DNA from: Beijerinckiaceae bacterium
GTDB taxonomy: Bacteria; Pseudomonadota; Alphaproteobacteria; Rhizobiales; Beijerinckiaceae
Direction of reading: 5' to 3'
Assembly (NCBI GenBank): GCA_965198715.1
Contig: CBDAPV010000002.1
Coordinates: forward strand, 388,807 to 452,806
Length of the DNA stretch: 64,000 nucleotides
Shown here: in pieces, positions 56,147 to 64,000 of the stretch
How positions within the stretch are numbered: position 1 is the stretch's first letter
Layout: each line of letters starts with the position of its first letter
Program-made: the position numbers and the translations under genes
Notes under the pieces: model-generated
Told to the model about the DNA's origin: nothing
Databases searched by the model: none
The model's input: only the letters and a program-made list of their open reading frames with translations

Positions 56147-56901
56147 AGCGCATCGCATTCGTCTCCTCTTTTGCCGCGCTTGTCCTCGTCGCCTTCGCTG
56201 GCGTCGCCTTGGCCCAGAATGCGGGCGGCGGCACCGACCTCAACGCCCTGGTGCCGCAGGCCGGCGCCACCGCGACGGGTCGCATCGTGCAGGTGGTGGG
56301 CATCCTCACCGTGCTCTCGATCGCGCCGGGCCTCCTCGTGATGGTGACGAGCTTCACCCGCTTCGCGATCGCCTTCTCGTTCCTGCGCTCGGGGCTGGGA
56401 CTTCAGACCACGCCAGCGAACCTCATCCTCCTGTCGCTGTCGCTGTTCATGACCTTCTACGTCATGGCGCCGACCTTCGACCAGGCGTGGCAGACCGGCC
56501 TGAAGCCGCTCATCGACAACAAGATCAGCGAGAGCGACGCCTATCCTAAGATCGCCGGCCCGTTCCGCCAATTCATGCTGGCGCAGGTGCGCGACAAGGA
56601 CCTGAAGCTCTTCGACGACCTGGCGCAGGTCAGCATCAAGACGCTCGACAAGAAGGACGTCGACCTGCGCATCCTGGTGCCGGCCTTCATGATCTCCGAG
56701 ATCCGTCGCGGCTTCGAGATCGGCTTCCTCATCGTACTGCCGTTCCTGGTCATCGACATGATCGTGGCCACCGTCACCATGTCGATGGGCATGATGATGC
56801 TTTCGCCATCCGTGATCTCGCTGCCGATGAAGCTGCTCTTCTTCGTCCTGATCGATGGCTGGAATTTGCTGGTGGGCAATCTTATCAGGTCGTTCACCTA
56901 G
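56143..56901 (+). CDS. fliP: Flagellar type III export apparatus protein FliP
   Basis: 252 aa; signal peptide plus FliP conserved TM regions (FLIVLPFLVIDMIVATV). Confidence 0.95.
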   Translation: MKRIAFVSSFAALVLVAFAGVALAQNAGGGTDLNALVPQAGATATGRIVQVVGILTVLSIAPGLLVMVTSFTRFAIAFSFLRSGLGLQTTPANLILLSLSLFMTFYVMAPTFDQAWQTGLKPLIDNKISESDAYPKIAGPFRQFMLAQVRDKDLKLFDDLAQVSIKTLDKKDVDLRILVPAFMISEIRRGFEIGFLIVLPFLVIDMIVATVTMSMGMMMLSPSVISLPMKLLFFVLIDGWNLLVGNLIRSFT

Positions 56902-56911
56902 CAACGACTTG

Positions 56912-56919
56912 TTAATCAT
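56912..56919. promoter_or_regulatory. CtrA half-site-like TTAATCAT, 162 bp upstream of the flagellin copy-1 ATG
   Basis: One mismatch to the canonical CtrA half-site TTAACCAT; lies at an equivalent distance to the copy-2 element. Confidence 0.3.
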
Positions 56920-57033
56920 GGGATGATAATCGGTAAGGCTGGCCGTCTCAGGCGCCGGATTTAAACCTTCGTGTAACGGCTCGGGTCGCATCCTGATCAC
57001 ACGAAAGGTTGCTTTTCGATCCCCGATCTGCAG

Positions 57034-57973
57034 AGGCATCACGCCGCCCTATTCGTCCCGGTGAAAACCCGGATTGTCCCTCCATTCACTCTCTACGGGA
57101 CAAATCTCCATGTCGAGCATCCTCACCAACGCCTCCGCCCTCAGCGCCGTCGCCAACCTCAACGCCACTCAGGCCAGTCTCGCTCAAGTCCAGAACCAGA
57201 TCTCCACCGGCCTCAAAGTGTCGGACGCCGAGGACAACGCCGCCTACTTCTCCATCGCCACCACGCTGCGCACCAACATCAGCAACCTCAGCGCGGTCAG
57301 CGACTCGCTCAACCTCGGCAAGTCGGTCGTCGACACCGCCACCGCGTCGGTCTCCGGCATCACCAACACGCTGCAGTCGCTGTCGAAGCTGCTCGTCGCC
57401 GGACAGCAGGCGGGTACGGATCTGACGGCCATCAGCACGCAGGTCAAGTCGCTTCAGGCTCAGTTGACGGCGTCGATCAGCACGGCGAGCTTCAACGGTG
57501 TCAATCTTCTCGACGGCACTGCGAGCACGACCGGCACTCTGGACTTCGTGTCCGGTGTGACGGGATCGGGGGCAAGCACGAGCGTCACGAACCTCGCGGT
57601 CGACACGTCGTCGACGAACCTGTCGACGACGGGTACTGGTGCCCTGGTCGGCACGGCCGCCATCACGGTGACCGCCGGTACGACTTCGGGAGACCTCGAG
57701 GGCTTTCTCTCGACAGTCAACGCCGCGATCGCCAGCGTCAACACCGCCTCGTCGGCCCTGGGTGCCGCCGCCTCGACGATCGATCAGCAGGTGACCTTCA
57801 CGTCGGCTCTCTCCGACTCGCTGACCACCGGCGTCGGCTCACTGGTCGACGCCGATCTCAACCAGGCTTCGACCCGTTTGGCCGCGCTACAGACCCAGCA
57901 GCAGCTCGGCGTCCAGTCGCTCTCGGTCGCCAACCAGAACAGCCAGATTCTTCTCAAGCTGTTCCAGTGATCT
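57034..57973 (+). repeat. Tandem duplication unit 1 (flagellin gene plus ~40-bp leader); near-identical to 58413-59352
   Basis: Read directly: leader GAGGCATCACGCCGCCCTATTCGTCCCGGTGAAAACCCGGATTGTCCCTCC... is shared, and the CDS differs at only ~11 amino-acid positions plus a 1-codon indel. Confidence 0.9.
57074..57970 (+). CDS. fla: Flagellin (copy 1), Ser/Thr-rich central domain
   Basis: 298 aa; N-terminal MSSILTNASALSAVANL...AEDNAAYFSIATTLR and C-terminal LAALQTQQQLGVQSLSVANQNSQILLKLFQ flagellin D0/D1 motifs. Confidence 0.95.
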   Translation: MSLHSLSTGQISMSSILTNASALSAVANLNATQASLAQVQNQISTGLKVSDAEDNAAYFSIATTLRTNISNLSAVSDSLNLGKSVVDTATASVSGITNTLQSLSKLLVAGQQAGTDLTAISTQVKSLQAQLTASISTASFNGVNLLDGTASTTGTLDFVSGVTGSGASTSVTNLAVDTSSTNLSTTGTGALVGTAAITVTAGTTSGDLEGFLSTVNAAIASVNTASSALGAAASTIDQQVTFTSALSDSLTTGVGSLVDADLNQASTRLAALQTQQQLGVQSLSVANQNSQILLKLFQ

Positions 57974-58062
57974 GATCTCGCCGCAGTCGACGCCTTGGTC
58001 GCGACGTGCGCGGCGCGGCTCGGGGCACGATCGTCGTCTCCCAACGGCTTTGTTCGAGCCGT

Positions 58063-58097
58063 GGTTCCTATGAGCCGGTCGCGGAAACGCGGCCGGC
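58063..58097 (+). terminator. Rho-independent terminator after flagellin copy 1
   Basis: 11-bp stem AGCCGGTCGCG / CGCGGCCGGCT with GAAA loop, followed by TTTTGTATTT. Confidence 0.75.
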
Positions 58098-58281
58098 TTT
58101 TGTATTTCCCAAAGGATCTCGAGCGCGGCTACGATCGGTCTTGACGTTCTGCAAACGCGCGGCTCGCCGTTCGATGGCAAGCGGTCGCCAGCACCACCAG
58201 AGATTCTCTTGCCAGATCCACTATATTGGCCGCGATTTATTGTAGAACATGAGCCAACTGCAAAAGTTACAAAGATTTTAA

Positions 58282-58289
58282 TTAACCAT
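58282..58289. promoter_or_regulatory. Canonical CtrA half-site TTAACCAT, 169 bp upstream of the flagellin copy-2 ATG, inside an AT-rich island
   Basis: Exact 8-mer read in the sequence; flanked by the inverted repeat AGAACAT (58244-58250) / ATGTTCT (58289-58295). Confidence 0.4.
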
Positions 58290-58412
58290 ATGTTCTGTTT
58301 AACGATGAGCAAGATCGCGATCTTCGACATAAGGCGAAACGGTTGATAAACCAATGTGAGGCTAACGTGATGTCACGGAAGGTGGCAAATGGTTTCCGAA
58401 CCGGCTGCCGAG

Positions 58413-59352
58413 GCATCACGCCGCCCTATTCGTCCCGGTGAAAACCCGGATTGTCCCTCCATTCACTCTCTATGGGACAAATCTCCATGTCGAGCATCCT
58501 CACCAACGCCTCCGCCCTCAGCGCCGTCGCCAACCTCACCGCCACTCAGGCCAGTCTCGCTCAAGTCCAGAACCAGATCTCCACCGGCCTCAAAGTGTCG
58601 GACGCCGAGGACAACGCCGCCTACTTCTCCATCGCCACCACGCTGCGCACCAACATCAGCAACCTCAGCGCGGTCAGCGACTCGCTCAACCTCGGCAAGT
58701 CGGTCGTCGACACCGCCACCGCGTCGATCTCCGGCATCACCACCACGCTGCAGTCGCTGTCGAAGCTGCTCGTCGCCGGACAGCAGGCGGGTACGGATCT
58801 GACGGCCATCAGCACGCAGATCAAGTCGCTTCAGGCTCAGTTGACGGCGTCGATCAGCACGGCGAGCTTCAACGGTGTCAATCTTCTCGACGGCACTGCG
58901 AGCACGACCGGCACTCTGAACTTCGTGTCGGGTGTGACGGGATCGGGGGCAAGCACGAGCGTCACGAACCTCGCGGTCGACACGTCGTCGACGAACCTGT
59001 CGACGACGGGTACTGGTGCCCTGGTCGGCACGGCCGCCATCACGGTGACCGCCGGTACGACGACTTCGGGAGACCTCGAGACCGACCTCGCGACAGTCAA
59101 CGCCGCGATCGCCAGCGTCAACACCGCCTCGTCGGCCCTGGGTGCCGCCGCCTCGACGATCGATCAGCAGGTGACCTTCACGTCGTCACTCTCCGACTCG
59201 CTGACCACCGGCGTCGGCTCACTGGTCGACGCCGACCTCAACGAGGCTTCGACCCGTTTGGCCGCGCTGCAGACCCAGCAGCAGCTCGGCGTCCAGTCGC
59301 TCTCGGTCGCCAACCAGAACAGCCAGGTGCTCCTGAAGTTGTTCCAGTAAAC
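58413..59352 (+). repeat. Tandem duplication unit 2 (flagellin gene plus leader)
   Basis: See unit 1. Confidence 0.9.
58451..59350 (+). CDS. fla: Flagellin (copy 2)
   Basis: 299 aa, ~96% identical to copy 1. Confidence 0.95.
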   Translation: MSLHSLSMGQISMSSILTNASALSAVANLTATQASLAQVQNQISTGLKVSDAEDNAAYFSIATTLRTNISNLSAVSDSLNLGKSVVDTATASISGITTTLQSLSKLLVAGQQAGTDLTAISTQIKSLQAQLTASISTASFNGVNLLDGTASTTGTLNFVSGVTGSGASTSVTNLAVDTSSTNLSTTGTGALVGTAAITVTAGTTTSGDLETDLATVNAAIASVNTASSALGAAASTIDQQVTFTSSLSDSLTTGVGSLVDADLNEASTRLAALQTQQQLGVQSLSVANQNSQVLLKLFQ

Positions 59353-59373
59353 GTCGAGTTCGGCTCATCGGAA

Positions 59374-59413
59374 TCGGTGTCGACCGCGAGAACGCGGCCG
59401 GCACCGGTTTCAT
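59374..59413 (+). terminator. Stem-loop terminator after flagellin copy 2 (different sequence from the copy-1 terminator)
   Basis: ~15-bp stem TCGGTGTCGACCGCG / CGCGGCCGGCACCGG with AGAA loop, then TTTCAT; one mismatch, a weak U-tract. Confidence 0.5.
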
Positions 59414-59488
59414 ACTGAAACACGATCGAATCGGCACCTGGACATGCTGGATTCGATCGCTTCGAGACGAACATTCGCCTCCAATTGC

Positions 59489-61726
59489 TCAGGGCTCGAC
59501 GGCGAAGGATTCCGGCTCCAGGCCATCCCGGAGCCTCCCCGCCATCGTGTCATAGGCGGACTCGAGATGCCGCGTGAAGCGCGGTGTGTCGAACAGCGGC
59601 GCCTTTTCGTTGGCAAGGAGCCGCGAGGTCACCGCCGCCAAGGCTTCGGGATTCGTCGCGAGGCTCAAGGCTTTCGCTTCGTAGTCGGCAAGCGTCTCAG
59701 TCACCAAGTCCGGCAGGTTCACCGCCCGGAGCAAACTGGCGCCGACCCTCGCGGGGAAAGCCGCACCGATCAGCGTGACGACCGGTACGCCGACCCATAG
59801 CGCCTCGCTGGCAGTCGTATGAGCGTTGTAGAGCAGCGTGTCGAGGAACAGGTCGGCCAGGGACATGCGAGCGATATGGTTCGCGGGCGCGACGCGAGGC
59901 GCGAAAACAAGCCGATCACCGGATACGCCGCGCGAGGTCGCTTCGCGACGTAAGGTGGCTTCGACACGCTCGTTGTTCGTCAGCAGCCATAACACCGAAG
60001 CCGGCACTGCCGCCAGCAGCCGCATCCAGACGTCGAAGACGTCGCTGGAAATCTTGAAGTTGTTGTTGAAGCAGCAGAAGACGAAGCCCGCCTCGGGAAG
60101 GCCGTGCGACTTGCGTGTCTCGGAGCGGCGGATCGAAGTCCGTTTGCGATCGTTAGGCTGGTAGCTGTGCGGAAGATGAACGATCTTCTCGTCATAGAAC
60201 GCTTGATGCTCGAACGGTGCGATATGCCGGTCGGCGATGATGTAGTCGATGAAGGGTGCGCCCATGGACCCTGGGTAACCTAGATAGTTGACCTGGATCG
60301 GCGCCGGCCGCCACGCGAGGATCTTGGGTCGACAGCCACTTGTATAGCCGGAGAGATCGACCAGGATATCGATCCTGTCGTCATAGATCAGTTTGGCGGC
60401 ATCGTGGTCGCCTAGCGCCCGAAGGTCCTTGAAATGATCGAGCGCTGCGATGAGCCGCGCGCGCATCGGACTTTGGTCATCGACGCCGATCGAGTAGCCG
60501 AAGGTCTCGATTGTCGCTTTGTCGTGCAATTCAAACAGTTCTGCGACGAGGTCGGCCACAGGGTGTTTTCGAAAGTCCGCCGAGACATAGCCGATGCGCA
60601 ATCTGCCAGTATTCGGGACATTGCGTGGCTCGCAACGCGAGAGAGGGGCTGCGCCGGCATAGATCTTCGCCTGGGCGCGCGCGGTTCTAAGATGCTCTAT
60701 CGGGGAAGCGGTGAGGGGCAGGAGTGAAAAGGGCGGGACGTATCGGTCGCCGCGGGCCATCAGCGTGAGCGCGAGCGTGCGGGCGGTCTCCAGCCCTTCC
60801 CAATCGCAGTATCGTTGGTGGAGCTCGACGAGCTTGAAGAGCGCCTCGCCATTCAAAGGATCGATCTCGACGGCGCGCGCATAGGCGGACATCGCCTCCT
60901 CCTCTTTGCCCATCATGAAAAGTATCGTGCCGAGATTGAAGGCGGCGGCCCAAAGATCGGGAGCGAGATCGACCGCGAGGCGTGCGGCCGAAAGCGCCAT
61001 ATCCCGCATCGAAGTGACGGAGAGGATCGTGGTCATCACAGTGTAGACGACAGCGTTTCGCGGCTCCAGCTCGCTGGCCTTGTGGATGGCCTCCAACGCC
61101 TCCCCCGGGTGAGCCGCCTTATGATAAGCTACGCCGAGTTCTATGAGCGTGGGTACGTGGTTCGGCCTCAGGGCTCGAGCCTGTCTCAGACGTGGGATGG
61201 CCTCGGTGACTTGACCGATCGAAGTCAGGGTGGTTCCAAGCATCAGGTGGGCGTCCGGATGCGCCGGCTTGAGTCGAACCGCTTCTTGTAAAGCCTTCAC
61301 CGCTTCGTCCAAGCGTCCCGACGATGAAAGCAGCGAGCCGCGAATGACATGCGCGTCCGCGTTGTGCGGCGCGATCGACAGTGCGGCGTCACAGTGCTGC
61401 ATGGCCCCATCCGCATCCTTCATCAGGCGCAGCGCGTCGGCGAGCCCGACGTGAGCCTGGGCTGTCGGCTTCAGAGCGATGGCTGCGCGAAAGGCGTCGG
61501 CCGCCTCCCATGTCTGGTCCGCCTTCTGCAGGCAGAGCCCCAGATTATAGAAGATGCTGGCGTTCGCCGGCTGAAGAAGAACGCATTGTCGAAAGAGGGC
61601 GGCTGCGGCGGCATGTCGACCCGCTCGCACCTCCTCGTTGGCTTGCCGCAGCATCAGGTCGGATCGCTTGACCGGACCAGCGGATAAATTGGCAGGTCGA
61701 TTGAACGAATGCTTGTGGCGCGACAC
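59489..61726 (-). CDS. TPR-repeat protein with C-terminal GT41 (O-GlcNAc transferase/SPINDLY-like) glycosyltransferase domain; candidate FlmG-like flagellin glycosyltransferase
   Basis: 745 aa. The N-terminal ~330 aa carry multiple TPR repeats. The C-terminal GT-B region (RIGYVSADFRKHPV...FCCFNNNFKI...LLYNAHTTASEALWVGVPVV) resembles OGT/SPINDLY. The gene is convergent with and adjacent to the two flagellin genes. Confidence 0.7.
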   Translation of the reverse strand: MSRHKHSFNRPANLSAGPVKRSDLMLRQANEEVRAGRHAAAAALFRQCVLLQPANASIFYNLGLCLQKADQTWEAADAFRAAIALKPTAQAHVGLADALRLMKDADGAMQHCDAALSIAPHNADAHVIRGSLLSSSGRLDEAVKALQEAVRLKPAHPDAHLMLGTTLTSIGQVTEAIPRLRQARALRPNHVPTLIELGVAYHKAAHPGEALEAIHKASELEPRNAVVYTVMTTILSVTSMRDMALSAARLAVDLAPDLWAAAFNLGTILFMMGKEEEAMSAYARAVEIDPLNGEALFKLVELHQRYCDWEGLETARTLALTLMARGDRYVPPFSLLPLTASPIEHLRTARAQAKIYAGAAPLSRCEPRNVPNTGRLRIGYVSADFRKHPVADLVAELFELHDKATIETFGYSIGVDDQSPMRARLIAALDHFKDLRALGDHDAAKLIYDDRIDILVDLSGYTSGCRPKILAWRPAPIQVNYLGYPGSMGAPFIDYIIADRHIAPFEHQAFYDEKIVHLPHSYQPNDRKRTSIRRSETRKSHGLPEAGFVFCCFNNNFKISSDVFDVWMRLLAAVPASVLWLLTNNERVEATLRREATSRGVSGDRLVFAPRVAPANHIARMSLADLFLDTLLYNAHTTASEALWVGVPVVTLIGAAFPARVGASLLRAVNLPDLVTETLADYEAKALSLATNPEALAAVTSRLLANEKAPLFDTPRFTRHLESAYDTMAGRLRDGLEPESFAVEP

Positions 61727-61908
61727 GGCAGGACTCCGAGAGGGTCTTCCACCGAGCCTAGTTCCGACGGCTTTCGCGGACCTGTTCTAACGTGCGTCTC
61801 GTTCGCAACGTCGAAAATGCCCGGATCTGGCATCTCGCTTTGGGTGCCTGCCGCGTGATCGGCTCGGTACGCGCCAACGGGTCCGACAAACCAATTTAGG
61901 ACGAGCCC

Positions 61909-62560
61909 ATGGAGGACGCCACCAATCGTTGTCTCGCAGTAAACACTCGACGGTGGCGGCGGGCTCTGCTCGCGGTCGCCGTCGCTACTGTTGTTGTTTT
62001 CGACGTCTCGGGCGCCGCCGCAGAAGGCGGCAGCGCCGGTGGAAGCATCGGCGGCTCAATCGGCGGGCTCGTCGGCGGAGGAGAGGGTGGCAGCAGCGGC
62101 GGGAGCATTGGCGGCAACATTGGCGGCAACATCGCACCGTCGCGGAGCAGGGAGCGGCGCCCGACCCGTGAACGGGCGGCGCGGCGAGAGCCCGCTCCCG
62201 TGGCTCGTCATGCACAGCGTGCCGCTCCGCTCGGCCGTCGCGCACAACATGCCGCCCGCTACGAACCGAGACGCGGCGCGGCGGAGGTGGCAACGCCTTC
62301 GACGGCCTCTGGACCGTCACGACGAACGCCTGCGACGCCAGCAGCGGCAGGTTGCGTATAAGTGGCGGTCGCCTCTACGCCTAAGGGGGTGGCTCGTCGA
62401 CGAGCGGGTCGGTGGCGCCGGGCGGTGCGCTTCACGCTGTAGGTCACACCTCCGGCGGGTTGACCCAGATCAGCTCCGGGCGCCTGTCCGGGTCCTCTGG
62501 AGGAGGGAGCTTCCGCCGCGCCGATGGTTGTACGGGGAGCTGGACCGCCTATCGCGGATG
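61909..62560 (+). pseudogene. Degenerate Gly-rich repeat region / possible frame-shifted gene remnant
   Basis: 12-nt tandem repeats encoding (S/N)IGG run through 62030-62150. The segments with near-100% third-position GC switch reading frame: frame 2 over 62172-62283, frame 3 over 62283-62382. A frame-3 stop at 62382 is followed by more Gly/Ser-rich frame-3 coding to 62558. Confidence 0.3.
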
Positions 62561-62608
62561 ATGGTCTGGGCAAACGCGCCCAACCGTCCCTTTGCCACCC
62601 TCGCGCAA

Positions 62609-62640
62609 GCTTGCTTCGGCATCATAAGCCCGAAGCAAGC
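62609..62640 (+). other. Perfect 11-bp inverted repeat (GCTTGCTTCGG / CCGAAGCAAGC, 10-nt loop) ending 1 nt before a 5-codon uORF (ATG AAC CCA CGC GCA TGA) whose stop overlaps the fliF ATG
   Basis: Read directly in the sequence. Confidence 0.6.
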
Positions 62641-62654
62641 ATGAACCCACGCGC

Positions 62655-64000
62655 ATGAATTTCCAGGACCAGCTGCAAACCCTCGTCGCCAGCCTGCAGA
62701 GGCTCGGCTGGCGCAAGCTCGCGGCGCTCGGGGTCGTCGGCGTTTTGACGGCGGCCGTGGTCGGCTTCGGCGGCTATTGGCTGAGCCGTCCCGCCTACGA
62801 GACGCTCTACGGCGGCCTCGACCGTCAGGACGTCGCCAACATCGGCTCGGCCCTCACCGAGGCCGGCATCCCCTTCGACGTCGCCGCCGACGGCGCCAGC
62901 GTCAAGGTGCGCTATTCCGAGACCGCCCGCGCTCGCATGCTGCTCGCCGAAAAAGGCCTGCCGCATTCGGCCTCGTCGGGTTACGAGCTCTACGACAAGC
63001 TCGGCTCGCTCGGCCTCACCTCCTTCATGCAGGACGTGACGCGGGTGCGCGCCACCGAGGGCGAGCTTGCCCGCACCATCCAGCTGATGAACGGCATCCG
63101 CGCCGCGCGCGTCCATATCGTGCTGCCCGACGAGGGCTCGTTTCGACGCGCCAAACAGCCGCCCTCGGCGTCCGTGATGATCCGCACCGAGACTATCGCC
63201 GACGCGCGCACCGGCCAGGCGATCCGCCACCTTGTCGCCGCCGCCGTGCCCGGTATGACGATCGACCAGGTGACCGTGCTCAACACCGACGGCACGCTGC
63301 TCTCGACCGGCGACGACCTCGCCGAGCAGGCGCCGGGCAAGATGCTTTCGCTCGAGAAGACGGTGTCGAAGGACATCCAGGACAACATCCGCCGCGAGCT
63401 CACCCCGTACCTTGGGCTGCACAACTTCCAGATCAGCGTCGCCGCCAAGCTTAACACCGACAACCGCCAGACCAACGAGACGATCTACAACCCGGACTCG
63501 CGGGTGGAGCGCTCGACCCGCGTGGTCAAGGAGAACAACACCACCTCGAACTCGACGAACCAGGCGCCGACCACCGTCGCCAGCGCCGTGCCGCAAGAGA
63601 AGTCGGCGGCGTCCGCGGCGGATGCCAAGAACGCGGCCACCGACAATTCCAAGCGGGAGGAGCTCACCAACTACGAGCTGTCGTCCAAGGTCGTGACCAC
63701 AGTCAGCGGCGGTTACGGCATCGACCATCTCTCGATCGCAGTGCTGGTGAACCGTGCCTCGCTCACCAACGCGAAGGGCGGCACCCCCGAGGTGCAACTC
63801 GCCGATATCGAGGCACTGGTCGGTTCGGCGGCCGGGTTGCGCAAGGAGCGCGGCGATACGATCAAGGTGCTCGCCGCCGACTTCGCCGAGGCCGGGCACG
63901 ACCTCGATCCGATCCCATCTCCCGGTATACTCGACGTCTTGATGCGCCAATCCGGGACCGCCATCAACGCGCTTGCCGTCATCGTGGTGGCGGTGCTGCT
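62655..64000 (+). CDS. fliF: Flagellar M-ring protein FliF (5' part; runs past the window end)
   Basis: Translation MNFQDQLQTLVASLQRLGWRKLAALGVVG... runs with no stop to the window end, with ~92% third-position GC and FliF N-terminal TM and ring-building motif regions. It is absent from the ORF track because no stop lies within the window. Confidence 0.85.
   Translation, partial: MNFQDQLQTLVASLQRLGWRKLAALGVVGVLTAAVVGFGGYWLSRPAYETLYGGLDRQDVANIGSALTEAGIPFDVAADGASVKVRYSETARARMLLAEKGLPHSASSGYELYDKLGSLGLTSFMQDVTRVRATEGELARTIQLMNGIRAARVHIVLPDEGSFRRAKQPPSASVMIRTETIADARTGQAIRHLVAAAVPGMTIDQVTVLNTDGTLLSTGDDLAEQAPGKMLSLEKTVSKDIQDNIRRELTPYLGLHNFQISVAAKLNTDNRQTNETIYNPDSRVERSTRVVKENNTTSNSTNQAPTTVASAVPQEKSAASAADAKNAATDNSKREELTNYELSSKVVTTVSGGYGIDHLSIAVLVNRASLTNAKGGTPEVQLADIEALVGSAAGLRKERGDTIKVLAADFAEAGHDLDPIPSPGILDVLMRQSGTAINALAVIVVAVL

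Noticed and set aside
56990-57040. Sigma-54 (-24 GG / -12 TTGC) promoter candidates upstream of the flagellin copies and flgB (e.g. AAGGTTGCTT at ~57008, TGGCAAATGGTTTCC at ~58383, TGGAGCAAGCTCGCTG at ~50832)
   Set aside because: The GG/GC spacing is off by one, or the -24 element is missing. They cannot be called from sequence alone.

Overview
High-GC (~68%) alphaproteobacterial, Rhizobiales-like chromosomal window with dense coding on both strands. No tRNA, rRNA, CRISPR array or transposase was recognised. Genes in order: (1) a LigD polymerase-domain gene, dienelactone hydrolase, two L,D-transpeptidases, a carboxymuconolactone-decarboxylase-family gene and TerC. (2) Three tandem hybrid sensor histidine kinases, the last two overlapping by GTGA, with a convergent CheY-like single receiver. 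(3) An AI-2E transporter with a long C-terminal extension, pcp, a DUF900 lipoprotein hydrolase and recJ. (4) A ParE/antitoxin pair. (5) A compact bacteriochlorophyll mini-operon bchH-bchG-bchP on the minus strand; bchH and bchG overlap by ATGA, and the operon is preceded by a tandem TGT-N12-ACA (PpsR/CrtJ-type) operator. (6) An ldtD(ycbB)/mepK(ycbK)-like pair separated by a low-GC spacer carrying heptamer repeats. (7) An orphan sigma54 enhancer-binding response regulator and an SPFH membrane protein. (8) GtrA, DUF992, EI24/CysZ-like and NDUFA9-like genes, a small XRE HTH gene, ychF, three small hypothetical genes, carA, DUF1467, another L,D-transpeptidase, a Crp/Fnr regulator, a BTLCP peptidase, glcE-glcF and NDH-2. 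(9) A Sinorhizobium-type flagellar cluster: DUF1217-flgF-fliI-orf-flgB-flgC-fliE-flgG-flgA-flgI-motE-flgH-fliL-fliP, followed by two tandem ~96% identical Ser/Thr-rich flagellin genes with distinct terminators, then a convergent TPR + GT41 (FlmG/SPINDLY-like) glycosyltransferase, a degenerate Gly-rich repeat region, a perfect 11-bp hairpin plus a 5-codon uORF, and the 5' part of fliF. The most system-like candidates are the PpsR-controlled bchHGP module sitting away from any core photosynthesis cluster, the triple hybrid-kinase array, and the flagellin-duplication/glycosyltransferase locus.
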